A DNA stretch of 64,000 nucleotides from a virus (Duplodnaviria; Caudoviricetes), in IMG/VR virus record IMGVR_UViG_3300031998_000056, positions 1 through 64,000 of that record; one strand, 5' to 3'. The notes beneath the pieces were generated by a model. That model was not told the DNA's origin. It worked only from the letters and a program-made list of their open reading frames with translations, and did not search any database. This document shows positions 36,101 through 51,100 of the stretch, one piece after another (within the stretch, counting starts at the first letter, position 1; the number at the start of each line of letters is the position of its first letter). The translations under genes were made by a program, and so were the position numbers.

Positions 36101-39100
36101 TGCTCGACACCTTTAAGCCAGAAGATGTGCAGACCGTCATCGACTACTATAACGCCCAAGCCCGTCTCGATGGTTTCATGAACCGCAGTAAAGAGAAGAT
36201 TGAGGAGCGCGTGAGGCTTGAGAGAGGACGCAGAACGTTCAAGGGTGTGATTAACGGACAGCCAGACGTGCGTGATTTGGTGGAGATTACAGACGGGGAG
36301 AATACCTATACGCTTGTAAACGGGAACATCCGCACCAATGAGCAAGGACAGGTGACGGGTTCTGACGGTGTTATTATCGCACTCGACCAGAACGGGAACT
36401 TTGTGAGCCTTGGCGGAAACAGCACATTAAGCGTACTGCCAAGTGAGACTACCCTTGACAATTGGGAGGAAGCGTATCGTAACCAAGTACAGGAGAACGC
36501 AACCGCATCTATTGACCCGAATGGGGTATTACAAGAGACAACCGACAACGGACAACCGACAACGGAAGAGCCGATAGAGAATGGAGAGCAAGCCGGTGGT
36601 GAGGCAGGTCAAACGACGACCGGAGCAAACGAGCCATCGGCGCCTCCAGCTCCACAGGAGAATCAGCCTATTACCATTGAGAGCGTAACAGGCGAGGATG
36701 GTGTGAAGCGTTATGAGCAGGGAGTAGATGTTGATACGGCCATAAAGGACATGGAGGCTGACGGCTTGGACGTGAACGAGTGGTCAGACCTTGCCATCAA
36801 CGAGGCACAGGAAGAGCTGAACAAGATGAAAGCTCCCAAGACCCGTGCGGAGTATGTGAAGAACGCCCAGCGTAAGAATGAGCTGCAAGCCACTATAGAT
36901 TATTATAATAATGTTAAGAACCGCTATACTGAGTTGCATCCCGTCTATGCCGATGCAGCACCGTTTGTAGAACGACTTAACAAGGCTACAAGCAAGAAGA
37001 ACGCAGACGACATACTGAACGAAGCTTTACAGGCTGGCGTGAATCCTTCCGAGATACAGGCTGCACACACGCAGAAGGTTTCTGATATTATCACGAAGGA
37101 AGAGGAAGCACGACAGAGAGCAGAGGAAATTACTGATACTGACAAGAAGAATATTGCTCAATACGGAGGAACGCCCGAGGGCAGGGCTTCGCTACTCGAC
37201 AAGAAACGTGGCAGCGCAGAGAAACGCCGCAAGCTTGCAAAGGAGATTTACGGAGAGTACTTTGATGACGACTTTGAGGCCATCAGAGACCTCCGAGAAC
37301 TTATCTCCTCATGGTTAGGAAAGGGTAGGGCATTAGACCCCGACACCTTCGGACAGGAGCTTGGCTGGGATATGGGCGTAGGCAAGGATGCCGCGAAAGT
37401 ATCCACTATGTTCACGAAACGTAGGGAGAACGGTGGTGACGGCATGACGTTCAATGACTTCGTACACATGGTGTGGGAAGCCAGCGGAGGCAGGTTTGAC
37501 ACCGATGAGATACGGAACGAGCTTTTAGACATGTTCCAAGGCGCACAGGACAAGACCGACCTCACGGAGTATCAGTTGCAGTCGAGAATTGCCGAGGCCG
37601 AGATGAGGATGCAAGGCGAGCTGGAGAGAGCAGAACAGGCAGCACAAGAGGGAGAGACCGAGCAAGCGCCAATTGGTGACGGTATGTTGCCGTTTGCACC
37701 GATGGAAGGCGAAGAAGCTCCTGTCGCACCGTCCGAACAGTTGAAGCCTACAGACTTGAGGGATAATGTAAAACCCGAATCAGCAAAGATTGGCGAAAGC
37801 AAGAAGGAACTACAAGAAAAAATAAAAGGTTGGCTGACAGACGAAAACGTAGAATGGGCCGAGGGGAAAGACCTTAACGAAGTCATTGAGCGTTTCGGAA
37901 ACGAACCAGAACCCATTGCTGTCATGCCAGAGATTGTGAGGAAGAATATTCCTTCACTCGACACAGATTACCTTTACTGCGGAAAGGCTTACTTTATTGA
38001 CCACCATGCGAATCATCATCCCGAACTCGACATTGATGAGTACGACAACATTCAAGAAATACTTGATTCTTATGATGACATAAAAGACCTTTCGGATGGA
38101 GGAAATCTCAGAATAGCCTTTGTTAAAAAATTAGACAAGGGATATGCCGTAGTAGCTGAATTGTCAAAGGAGAATGATAAGATTGTTCTTCACAAGACGT
38201 TCTTCTATCGAGACGCCGCAGGTAAGCGCATACCTTATAAGAACAAGCCGAGTATTTTAGAAAAGTGGTCTGTGGACGGTAGTACCACAATCAGTCCTGT
38301 TGAAAGCCAACAGCCGGCAGACACCGAGAATATTTCTGCTCTTGACCAATCTTCTGAGGGCAAAGATACAAATGAATCGGAAGAAAAGCAAGAAAAAGTC
38401 GAAAAATCTTCAAGTAAACAAGATTATTTAACATCTCACCCCCTTACTGAGGAGCAGATCATGGCCGATGCAGAATCCACAGAGGATGAAAAGCTTGCGG
38501 CTGTGGACTATCTGAAAGGTGAGGACGACAGCGCCATCTCGCAGTTCTACTATGATGAGATTTACAGAAGGGCTACCCAGACAGAAGAACAGAAGGACAA
38601 AGAAGTTGAGGATAAATCCGAGCGAACAGGAAAGACGTTTAACCTCGATGATGTAGAAGCCCTAAAGAGCGCTCCAAGCGGAGTAAGAGGTGCGATAAAG
38701 GACTATGCTGTTTCGGCATACAATAGTGCATACCTCAAAGTTCCATCGTTCCAATTCGGCATTCCCGAAGAACAGCAGGAGAACATGACGTATGAGAAGT
38801 TCTTGGACGAGTTCAAGGAACAGGCTGGTGTGCTTGCAAGAGGATGCGAGAAATATCTCCCAGCAGTCTATGAATACATAGAAAGCAAGCTTGACAAACG
38901 GGGATTGAATCATCAGAAATATGCGCAGCCTATTGAAACGGAAAATCCGACAGAGGCCATTGAACAGGCTGCAAAGAGCTTCCGCCAACAGCAGAAGGCA
39001 CAGGATAGAGCCGACATTGATGCCGCATTGAAGGAGTTCAACGACTTCTTGGATGGTGCGAAAGGAAACACGCTTCTTGGCAAGCTGATGTATAAAGGTC

Positions 39101-42100
39101 TTGAAGGCAACGACAAGGCAAAACTTGACCTTACCGTGCTGAATGCCGCACAACGTGCGTTCATGAAAGACCTGCTGAGACTGGCTTCAAAGGTGGGTTA
39201 CGCTTATATCAAGAGTGGCGTTCACAACGTACAGGCATGGAGCAAGCAGATGTCGGAGAGCATTGGCAAGAAGCTAAAGGAAGTGCTTGGCTGGGATGAG
39301 GCTACCATTGACGACTTTATCGGAGAGGTTTGGGAACAGAAATACACGGTCGATGGGGAGCGAATGAAGCTCCGCGAACACGCTGAAAAGTTAAATAAAA
39401 ATAAGGAGGCCGACCAGACTGTTAACGTTAACAAACAGAAGAACAATGGTACGGAAAATGTTGTATCTTTGCAGCAAGAAGCCGAGGCAGAGCCTCAGCC
39501 TGCGGAGAAGGGTTTGCAGGTAGACTTTGATGAGATAGAGTCTTTGAAGAAAGCTCCGTTCTCTGTGCGTGAGACCATTAAGGATAATGCAATTTGGGCT
39601 TATCAGGATGCTGTAATAAGCAATTTGGGAAGCATCTTCGGTTTTACACACGAGGAAAGAGAGGAGAAGAAGTACAACAGCTTCGTTGAGAACTTCAATA
39701 GAAGAGCTGGCGACTTGTTATCCAAAGGCTGCGAGCCATATCTTCGCGATGTGTACGACTATATCTCCAAGAAGATTGGAGAGCAATTAGAGCGGAGGAA
39801 GGCTGAGAAGGAGGCTGAGGTTGCGACTGAGTCGCAACAGACGGGAAAGCTGGAGGGTGACTCAGCGGAGTTCGCCAAGGAACAAAAGAAGAAGAGTGAG
39901 CTTGGTGTTGCGATTTTTTCTGCATTGAGAGCCGCCGTATTCGATGGCGATGTTCAGTTAAAGACGATGCAGAACGTTAAGGCACTCGCAAAGGAATACG
40001 GGCTTGAGAACCTGAGTTCCACCGACCTTCAAGAGATGGTTGAGGCAGAAGTGGTACAACTCGCCCGTAGGATTGCAGAACATAAGAAGTGGACGCCAGA
40101 ACAGAAGTATGAGAACATTGTACGCCTGTATCAGACGCAGCCGAGCTTGAACGCGAGAGACAACGACAGGATTAACCTCCAGCAATACTCAACGCCAGCT
40201 CCTATGGCTTATCTCATGGGAAGGTTTGTAGACCCGAATGATGAGGCACAGAGCGGACTTGAGCCGAGCGCTGGAAACGGTATGCTTACGATAGGGTTGC
40301 CGAAGGACATCATGCACGTCAACGATATTGACGAGATGCGTCTCTCCAACCTTGCCAAGCAGGGCTTCAAGGAGGTGACAAGTCAAGACGGAACGCTGCC
40401 GTTTGGAGATAAGAAGTACGATGTAATCGTGACCAATCCTCCGTTTGGCAGCACAGAGCCGAAGGTGTACGACCTATACTCTATCAGTGGATTGGAGCAT
40501 CAGATGGCTATCAACGCCTTGGATGCGATGAAGGACGATGGCAGGGCCGCGATTATCATTGGAGGCAACACCGAGTACACCAATACGGGTGTCATCAAGG
40601 GAAAGGACAGGTCGTTCTTGAACTACCTCTATTCGCACTACAATGTGGTAGATGTGATTAACATGGATGGCAAGAGCCTGTATTCAAGACAGGGAACGGG
40701 CTTCCCTGTAAGGATGATTCTTATCAACGGAAGAAAGGAGTTCGAACCTAACACCTTCGCCCCCGTACAGAGCAAGGCAAGAGCCGAGCAGATAAAGACA
40801 TACGATGAATTATATAAACGAGTAAACGATGACATACTATCTGACAACAACAAGCCCGCTGGTGTTCACGACACAGAAAGCGGAGAGGGTGGAAGAGTGG
40901 ATGATACCAGACATGCTGGAGCTTCTGCTCAAACGGGAGTACGAAATGTACGAACCGAAGGAGGCGAAGGCCAACCTTCAGTACGTGCTGAACTCAGACC
41001 AAGTGTTCAGGGAGGTGATAACGCCACCGAGCGAACTGACGCCGCAGAGCAGCAAGAAGTGGATAGGGGACTTCCTGATGTCGGAGGCAGGTCGGGAGCT
41101 AATGAGCCAAGTGGGTCAGCCCCTGCACCAGCAAACGGAGAAGGAGGAAACGTTTCTGAACGAGGAAACGACACTGAGCGACCTGCTGCCGAGTCTGGCG
41201 AACCCAGCGGAGGCGGACGTAGCCCAAGGGTGGACGACACACACCGTGTATTAGGAGCGGAGAAAGTTCCCTATAGACCACAAAGTAACAACCCATATTC
41301 TTTGCAGTCGCAGATGCCTGCAGAACAGGCTGACGTTGTAAAGAAAGCACTTGAAGATTTGGGCGATGTTGACGAGTTCTTGGTTAGAGAACTTGGTTAT
41401 TCTTCCGTTGAAGATTTGTATCATGGCTCACAATCTCCCGAAAAACACGGAGGCTTGGCAGCAGAGCAGATTGATTCTGTCGCAATGGCCATCCACCAAA
41501 TGAACCAAGGAAATGCCTTTATCATTGGCGACCAAACGGGTATCGGTAAAGGCAGACAGGCAGCAGCACTCATACGCTACGGAGTTAAAAAGGGAGGATT
41601 CCCCGTATTTATCACGGTGAAGAAAGCCCTGTTCTCTGATATGTACCGCGACCTTTGCGACATCGGAAGCCCGAAGCTGAAGCCGTTCATTTGGAGTGCA
41701 GATGATAGCGAGCATTCGGGTAATGTTACCGACAAGGACGGTAAGGTTATTTATGAGATGCCGAGCAAGAGCGAACAGAAGCGTGTCGTAGACTACATCA
41801 ATAAATATGGCAAGCTTCCAAAAGAATACGACTACGTTCTCACCACCTATGACGCATTCAAGAGTGGTACGATGGACTATGAGAACGGGCAGAAGAAAGC
41901 ACGTAAGTTCGCAAAAGGCAAAACGGCTGGCCCCGTTCATATAAACGGACAGGCCAAACGCGATGCTCTGGAGAGGTTGGCAGAGAACAGCTACGTGATT
42001 ATGGACGAGAGCCATAACGCAGGTGGCGAGGGAAGTAACATCAGCAATTACTTGCAGTATATCACTACAAGGGCAAAGGGCATCACATTCCTGTCGGCTA

Positions 42101-45100
42101 CGTTTGCTAAGCGTCCGGGCAACATGCCTATCTATTCGCTAAAGACCGCTATCGCTAAAGCTGGAGTTGAGGTTGCCGACCTTATTGATGCCGTTAAGCG
42201 AGGCGGTGCTACCTTCCAAGAGATTATGTCGAAAGCTCTCACCGAGGCAGGTCAGATGATCCGCCGCGAGAGAGACATGACGGGTGTTACTATCGACTGG
42301 CGAGGCATAGAAGATGAGCAGGTCATTGAGAAACAGCGCCAGCAGTACGATGAGATAATCGGTCTTTTTAACGATATTATAGATTTCCAGCGTACTTACG
42401 TAGACCCCATCATCGACAAATTGAATGATGATGCGGCAGATGCGCAGGGGGCAGTAGACCACACGCCCGGTACGCGCGACATGGGCATCAACAACACGCC
42501 GTTTGCTTCACGTACCTATAATATGGTACAACAGGTACTCCTTTCACTGAAAGCCGAGGAAGCCGCCAAGCGTGCTATTGAACATTTGAAAGAAGAACGC
42601 AAGGCTGTTATTACCGTTGCCAACACCAACGAGGGAGCAGCCGATGAGGTTTCTGCGGCCAATGGTGAGTCGATGGAGATGCCTGACTTGAGCGTGAACT
42701 TGAAGAAAGGATTGCGCGGAACGCTTCGTATCACAAGAAAAGACGGGTACGGAGATTCTAAAAACAGCGAGATACCTTTCGGTAGTCTCAGCCCAGAAGG
42801 ACAAGCAAGGTATCAAGAGATAATGGATGCCATTGACAATGCTTCTACGGGATTAAGCCTCAGTCCTATTGATGTCATCAAGAACGAATTGAAGAAAGCT
42901 GGCTATAAGGTTGGAGAGCTGACAGGCCGAAAAGCCGAGTTCGTCTATAACGAGGACGGAAGCGTGAAGCGAGTAAACCGCAAGGACACCGACAAGAAGA
43001 AGGTCGCAGCAGACTTTAATAATGGTAAGCTTGATGCTCTTATATTGAATAAGAGTGCAGGTACGGGTATATCGCTACACGCCTCTACCACATTCAAAGA
43101 CCAGCACCAGCGCATCATGATTGTCGCACAGGCACAGGGTGACGTGAACGATGAGGTGCAGATTCGTGGTCGTATCGACAGAACGGGGCAAGTGCAACGT
43201 GGTGCTTATGAATACGTTGTCTCTCAGATTCCGTCAGAGCAAAGGCTGTTGATGATGCTGAAAGCAAAATTGCGTTCGCTGGATGCCAACACCACAAGCT
43301 CGCAGAAGTCGAAGTTCAATGAGATGCAAGTACAGGACATCATCAATAAGTATGGTGACCAGATAGTCATTCAGTATCTCGCAGAGCATGTAGACCTTGC
43401 CGAGAAGATGCAGAATCCTCTCAAATGGGATGGAGATTGGCAGACAAATACGCCAGAGCAGCTTGTGAACACCGCATCAAAAGCAGATACCGATGGCGGA
43501 ACGGCCAGCAAGGTTCTTGGACGAATGGCGCTCTTGAAAGTGAAGGAACAGGAGCAGATGCTCGATGACATATCTTCACTTTACCAAGCCGAGATTGACC
43601 GTCTGAACGATATGGGCGAGAACGACTTGGAGATTACCGAGATGCCGTTGAAAGCCAAGACACTCAGCAAACAAGTATGGGAGCAGGGTATTGAACCAGG
43701 AGGAAAGAATCCGTTTGCCGACAACAGTTATGTTGAGAAGGTGAACATGGACGTTCTCAGAAAGCCCATGAAGGGTAGTGAGGTCAAGGCCGCACAAGAA
43801 AGATTACTTGGCGGAAAGACGTGGGACGAATACAAGCAGTCTGTACTTGACAAGCTTGACAAGTGGGCTGAGGACAAGAAATCCGACACCACAGAGACCA
43901 TCACTGCAAGGGCCGAGAAGAAAGCCGAGGCAGAGAAGGAGAAGTATATTAAGGGTGCGAAGAAAGCACAGGAGAAGAACGGCATGACAGATGCCGAGAT
44001 AGAGAAGAACGGCCAGCTTCAATATGACACCTTCTACAAACAGGAGATGGAGAAGCTGAACAACGCTCTTGCAGCTATCGAGAAACAGAAGGATGTGTTC
44101 GTTGATGCCTTGGAGACCTTCACAACTGACGGAGTATATGCTTTGCCGAGCAACATCTACGACCTTGGAAGGATGACCTTTGAGCCGGGCTTCGGTAAGC
44201 TGATAGATATGAAGATTGCCGATAACTTCTCCACGTCTGCCAGCACCATCAGCTTCGCAACCCTTGACGGACGAAGGAAGATTACCATCCCCATCAGTGG
44301 CATGGTGAAGCAGCAGAACAACGAGAAGCGAGGGATATTCCCCATCATCAATACTCTGACGGCACAGACGAGGCATGGTATGTTCGGACAGAATATGTCG
44401 AACACCTTGAAAGTGTTAGGACAGAACCTTGACAATTGGGATAAGCTCACATCCACCGCAGCCCGTAAGGATGGATATATCATCACAGGAAACCTTCTGA
44501 AAGCCCTTGTATCCACGCGAGAGCAGCATGTAGGAGGAAAGCTGATTTCCTATACTGCCGACACAGGCGAGGTGCGCCAAGGCATTCTGATGCCCGACAA
44601 CTTCGAACCTGCCGGACTGACAAGCAAGACACCCATCTCTGCAAAGAAAGACGAGTTGAGGTATTCAAGAGACAAGGTGGAGAGTGCCGATGGTGATGTG
44701 AGCATCCGCGTGACGAATGATTACGATTGGCGTGAACACGCTTATAACACTTTAGAGCTGACAGTACCCAAGTCAGTGAAGAAGGGTGCGAAGTATTTCA
44801 ACGACCAAACCTTGTTAGACCTTATGCAAGGTCAGTTCGAAGGCTCAAGCAGAATGAAGGCCGAGTTCAAACGTGAGAACCTCGATGCCGTGATGAAGCG
44901 TTTGGATGAGCTGGGCGTGACCGTACAGGAGCAGAATAACAACGACACCGACAGAAGGTTTGATGAGGATATAGAAGATGCTTACACAGCAGAAGAGCAG
45001 TCCATCATTGACGAAGCCAAGAAGAACGGCACGTACATGAAGGCTCCAAACGGGAAGAAGAGTAATCTTACACCGAAGCAGTGGGTCAGAGTCCGTACCA

Positions 45101-48100
45101 AGGCATTCAAAGATTGGTTTGGAGATTGGCTAAAAGGCGCTCAGGCTGTGACTGTTGTCAATACCTCATTAGAACACGGATTCAAGAACTTCGCAGATGC
45201 ACGTCAGTGGGCAAAGAAAAATATTGCAAGGGTTTATACAAACGAAGAAACTGGCGGAAAAGGCGAGATTCGTATAAGTGGAAATGCGATAGAGAAATTT
45301 ACATCAGAGGATGCAGTAAAGAAGAGCGACAACAAAGATGTCCACATGGCCGTTCTCAAAGTATTGCCATCAGTTATTAAAGAAGGCGTTGATGCTGATA
45401 CTCACCCAGACTACATCAAGATAGACGGCGTGCGTAAACCCGAAAACGGAGTAAACCCGGGCGTTACCATACATCGCGTATATGGTGGAGTTGAAATAGA
45501 TGGAAAGATTTATCGTGTTAAAGTAACTCTTAAAGAAGATAGAACGCAAGAAATTAAGAAGAGGGCATACAGCTACGAGGCAACAAAAATAGAGTTGATG
45601 GACGGTCAAAGTGCAACCCCCGTAGGAGTTCCCCGCAATTCCAACAACTCTATTCTGCTTGCAAATTTACTAAAAAATATTGATAAGTCGTATACAAACG
45701 GTGAAAAAATTATAGATTCTTCACAAATCATAGATGAAAATGGTGAACCGAAGGTGGTTTATCATGGAAGTAGAAGCAACAACATTAGTGTTTTTGATAA
45801 TTCCAAAGCTGAGGCAAGACATTCTGGTTCAACTTTATCAAAGCATTCTGATAGGACTCATTTCTTTACAGACTCAGAAGATGCAGCAGACGCCTCCTAT
45901 GCAAAAGGCATAACCGGAACGGTGTATCCAGTTTTCCTAAATATTCGAAACCCAAAAGTTGTCGACAATAAAGGGGCAAGATGGGATGGCACAGGCTACG
46001 TTTTACAAAAGAAATCAAGGATTACTAATGGATGGAGAAGAGTTTATCCAAAGAACGGGAATCTCGACTATTTTACTAATGGTGACCATATAAACAAGGA
46101 TGGCCATACAAACTATAGGGACGATTCTGAATACAAATACGAACTTGTTAATGTCACAGAACCAACAGATGTTATAGTAGAAAAAGCTATCTTAGATGAA
46201 CAGCAGTATGATGGTGTCATAATAAAGAATGTGGTAGACGCATCTTCAAATTATGATGAACCTGTTATCGCCGACGATTTTGTTACATTTGTGTCTCCCA
46301 ACCAAATCAAGTCCGCCACCGAGAACAACGGAGATTATTCTAACGAGAATCCCGGCATTCGTTTCGACCAAGGCGTTGCCGAGGCACGACAGCAGAGCGA
46401 CAGCAAGCAGCGTATCGCCCAGCACATTGACAGCTTAGTCAAGAAGCTTGGCACGAAAGCAAAGACCACCGTCTATCACTCTTTAAGTGAGCTGCCAGCA
46501 GATGCGCGTAGGCATGTTGAGGATGCTCACAAGAGAGGTAGGAAGGTACGTGGATGGTATGAGAACGGGCGCGTGTACCTGTTCCTTCCCGACATTGATT
46601 CCACCTATCAGGCAGAAAAGACCATTTGGCATGAGACCGTAGCCCATCACGGACTGCGTGAGCTTATTGGCGCAAAGAACTACAACGAGCTATTGAAGCG
46701 GTTGTGGCTTGAGCATAAGGATGGCGACATGGGCGAGTGGGTGACGAAACGAATGGAGCAGAACGGCTGGAGCCTTGCAGAGGCCATTGACGAATACTTA
46801 GCAAGGGAAGCAGAGAAAGAGCCGTTCAAAGAGCCGAGCCTGTGGAAGCGTCTGCAATGGATGCTCACCGAGATTCTGCACAAGATGGGCTTCACTTCCG
46901 ACCCGACCATCACGGACATTCAGTATTTGTTCTGGGTAAGTCAGAACCAGATACGCGAGAACGACCCGATGACGAAGATGAAACAGGCAGCGTTCCTGTT
47001 CAGACTTGAAAGGGAAGTTCCCGATACGCCGTATGTGAACATGATGGCGAGGAAGGTGGAGGATATTTACAACCCCGAGGCTCTTGATGCTTATGACGAT
47101 GGCAGACGTCACTCAGAAGAGACAGACGAAGAAGTTATCGAGAGGCTGGAGAAAGAGCCGAAAGTGAAAGCCTATCGCGCCATGCAGTTGATAGACGGAA
47201 AGCTGTATCCTCCGATGGCCGCAAAGCAAGGTGGAAAGCTGGTAGCTCCTATCGAGTTGGGAAAGTGGGAGAGAGCAGATGAGCATCCCGAGATGGCTGA
47301 CGAGAACGGAAAGTTCAAGTTGGATAAGGGTAACGGCAAGACCTTGAAAGCTGCGTATAATCCTTATATCCACACTTCCACAACCATGCTGAACGACCAA
47401 TTCAGCGAGGCACAAAGCCGTCCTAATCTTGTAGTTGTTGAGGTTGAGGTTCCCGAAAGCGAACTGACATCGGGCTACAAGGCAGAGAAAGCGAAAGATT
47501 CTGTCGGAAAGGTAGATTGGAAAGCTGGCGTCATACAAGGTCAGTTAAGTGGAACGCGAGAGGTAATTCTTAGTCGTTGGGATAAGCCCGTAAGAATTGT
47601 TCCTGTTGAGGAAGTTGCCAAACACATTGCTGATATGGTAAAAGACAGGGTGGAGGTTATGCCTACCAATGTCGTAACACCTCAGCAGCGAGAAGAGATG
47701 GAGAAGCTTGGCGTTAAGTTCGTAGAGACCGACAACCGGGGAATGCTCGTTGACGGTGAGAACAAGGGCAAGAGCTATTCTTCTGTGTACGGCAAGAAAG
47801 CAGAGCGCAGGTACGATGAGGACATTGACGACCCGATGGAGGAGAGCGTGAAGGACATGTACAACGAGCGCACAGACACCGCGCAGTTCGTGATGACCGA
47901 GGCTTACCAAGATTCGATGCTGGCATTAAAGACCGCACAGAACGCCATCGTGAAGGACGGGGATATTCCCGATTCGCAAAATGCTTACCAAGCCGAGAAC
48001 CTGATGCACGGCAAGAGCAAGAACGAACAGGACTTGTTCAACGTGAACTTCCGCGACCCGTTGGTAAAGACCACGAACAAGATTCTGAACAAGATGGGCT

Positions 48101-51100
48101 GGACGATGCGTAGGATGAATCAGTATCTTATCACGAAGAGTGGTCTTGAGAGAAACAGGGAGCTGTTTGTGAGGGATTGGCTGGAGAAGGAGCGCAAGCG
48201 TAGAGTAACTAAAGAAGAAAACCTCAATGACGCAGAGCATGCAATCTACGAGCGTATCGTACGGGCTATCGAAGACGACTTTGAGGATGGAAATATCACA
48301 GAAGAGCAGAAGAACGCCAGACTTGCATCAGCCGTCAACGATGCACACCTTGAACACATAGAAAATGTGGAGATTGGCTGGCAAGCGATGAAGAGCAGAT
48401 GGAACAATCCTAATTACACCTTCGCCGAGTACATGAATGACCTCACTCAGTATATCCAAGGCACTATTGACGAGGATTACGACCCATCGAAGAATGACTA
48501 TTCTGGCTTGACGGAGATTTATGGCGGTCAGTTTGATGACGTAGAGGCCACCAACGATGTGATGAACGATGAGACCGCTATGGAGGCGGACGCAGAAATG
48601 CTCTGGCGTCAGATTAACGAAGCTAACAAGTACGGCTTGGAGCGCTACAGGGAGGCTGGCATGAGAAGCGATGAGGAGATAGACAGGATAGAACGCATGT
48701 TCCATTGGTACGTTCCATTGAGAGGATTCGACAAGGAAACCGCCGAGGACGTGTATCAGTATTTCACCTCCAAACAAAAGGCCAATAGTTACGTAGGCGG
48801 TCTGATTAAACGTGCAAAGGGTCGTAAGAGCCAAGCCAAGTCGCCCATGGCCACGATGTTCGCTATGGCTTACAAGGCTATCGGAGACTGCAATCAGAAC
48901 CTTGTGAACCAGCATCTCTACAGATTGTGCCAGGCACACCCGAATGACTTGGTAATTATCAGCGATGCTTGGGCAAGACTGAACCAGACCACAGGCATGT
49001 GGGAAGAATCTTATCCGACCATTCCCGATAACGCCACCGATGAAGAGATTCGCCAGATCACCCTCGCATGGGAGCAAGAGAACAAGCGTCTTGAACTCCA
49101 AGGTGAGGCAAGGAGGATTAACGGCAAGGGTAAGTTCGACTATAAGTTTGCTGACAAGAAGAGCCGTGACGAGCATATCGTGGAGGTGATGATAAACGGC
49201 AAGAAGAAGCTGATGACCGTAGTTGGTAATCCTCGCATGGCACAGGCTTTGAACGGACAGACACGATTCTCCAATGCAAAGAACTTCTTGAGTAGTTGGA
49301 ACAGCAGAATCAAGCACATGATGTCGAGCGCATACACCTCATATAACCCGACCTTCGCTATGAGAAACCTCATGCGCGACTGGACGCACTTCAGAATGAT
49401 GCTTGGTGTGAGAGAAGGACAGGGATATGCCCGTGCCGCGAATAAGTATTACAGAGAGACCTTCCCACGTCCTATCCACACAAGAGGCAAGGAAGGAATG
49501 AAAACCCTGTTCAAAAAATATCGCGATGGAACGTTGGATATGAACAAGGAGGTCGAGAAGGACTTCAAGGACTTCATGGATAACGGAGGTATCACAGGTT
49601 TCGTTCAGATGCAGAAGCTTGAGGACATCGAGAAGCACATGAACAATCTGAACAAGCAGTTGAAGGCTGGCAAGACCATCAAGCTCAACAACAAGATTTG
49701 GGATATGACGCTTGGTGTGGTAGAGGCATACAACGAGGCTATTGAGAACAACGCCCGTTTTGCCACGTACAGAGCCTCAAGACACTATGCTGGCAGGACG
49801 AAAGCCCGTAGTGCTTACGATGCCAAAGAGGTTACCGTGAACTTCAACAGAAAGGGAGCGGGCGCAAAGACGGCTGGATTCAAGAGCAAGCGCGACAGGG
49901 TGACACATGCCGCACAGGTGGCAGGTGTGACAAGTCAGGTGCTTGGCGAAGGAAGAATCTTCAACAACGCCACCATACAGGCTATTGCCACCACGTTCAA
50001 GAACTTCCAGAACCCCGATGGTAGCATCAACAAGGGTTATGTAGCAAGATGGGCAAAGGGCTATGCCATTCCTCCATTCGTTTTGGGCTTTGTGATGCCT
50101 TATATAAATGGAGCATTGTTTGCGATGCTCGGAGGTAGTGGCGATGACGACCCGTATGCAAACCTTCCCGATTGGGTGAGAAGAAAGAATCTATGTTTCT
50201 ATCTCGGTTTCGACAGCTTCCTCACAACGCCTGTGGCACAGGAGCTTGCGGCATTCCTTACTTTGGGAGACATCGCAGCAGGCGTAACCTACGCTCCAGA
50301 GCTGAAGCCTATCGACAGAGGATGGGAAGAGGAGCTGGCCGATGTGCTGAATACCTTCTCTCCTGTGGATATTGACAAGAAGATAACCAATGGCGGTCTG
50401 TTCTCAAAGGATTGGATGCTTGAAATCATGGGCAAGACCTTCTCCGTACTGACACCAGCTATCTCCGTAGCAGAGAACAGGAGTTGGACGGGAAGGCCAA
50501 TATTCCGCGAGGACAGATATGAAAATGACATCTATACGCCAGAGTATCAGATGGTGTACAGAGATACGAACCCCATCTTGGTTGAGGCTTCAAAGTGGCT
50601 GAATGATATTTCGGGAGGAGACGAGGATAAACGTGGATGGATACAGGTAAACCCGGCTATTGTTCAGTATCTATTTGAGCAGTTCACGGGCGGCCCGGGT
50701 AAGACACTCTCTAATTTCATCTCTATTGGACGAGACATCAAAGACCTCCTCAAGGAGGGCAGTGCAGGTGACTTCAATGCGAGAAAGGTGGAAGGACTGA
50801 AAGCATTCGTTCAACAGGGAGACGACAGAACTCAATACTACAGGACTTTGGCAAAGTATCGCAAGTATGGCGAGGATGCGAAGGAACTGAAGGACGAGGT
50901 GTCGCGTAAGATGAAACGTGCAGAGGATGGTGACGTGGATGCCCTGCTGAAACTGCAAGAGATTGACAAGTCTGTGGAGGCTGAGCGGATGCGGATATAC
51001 TACGACTACGAAAAGGATTTGAGGAAGCTTTATAGCATGATGCTCTCCACCGAGGACAAGGCTTTGAAGAAGGAGCTTCAAAAGGATTACAACGAAGCCG

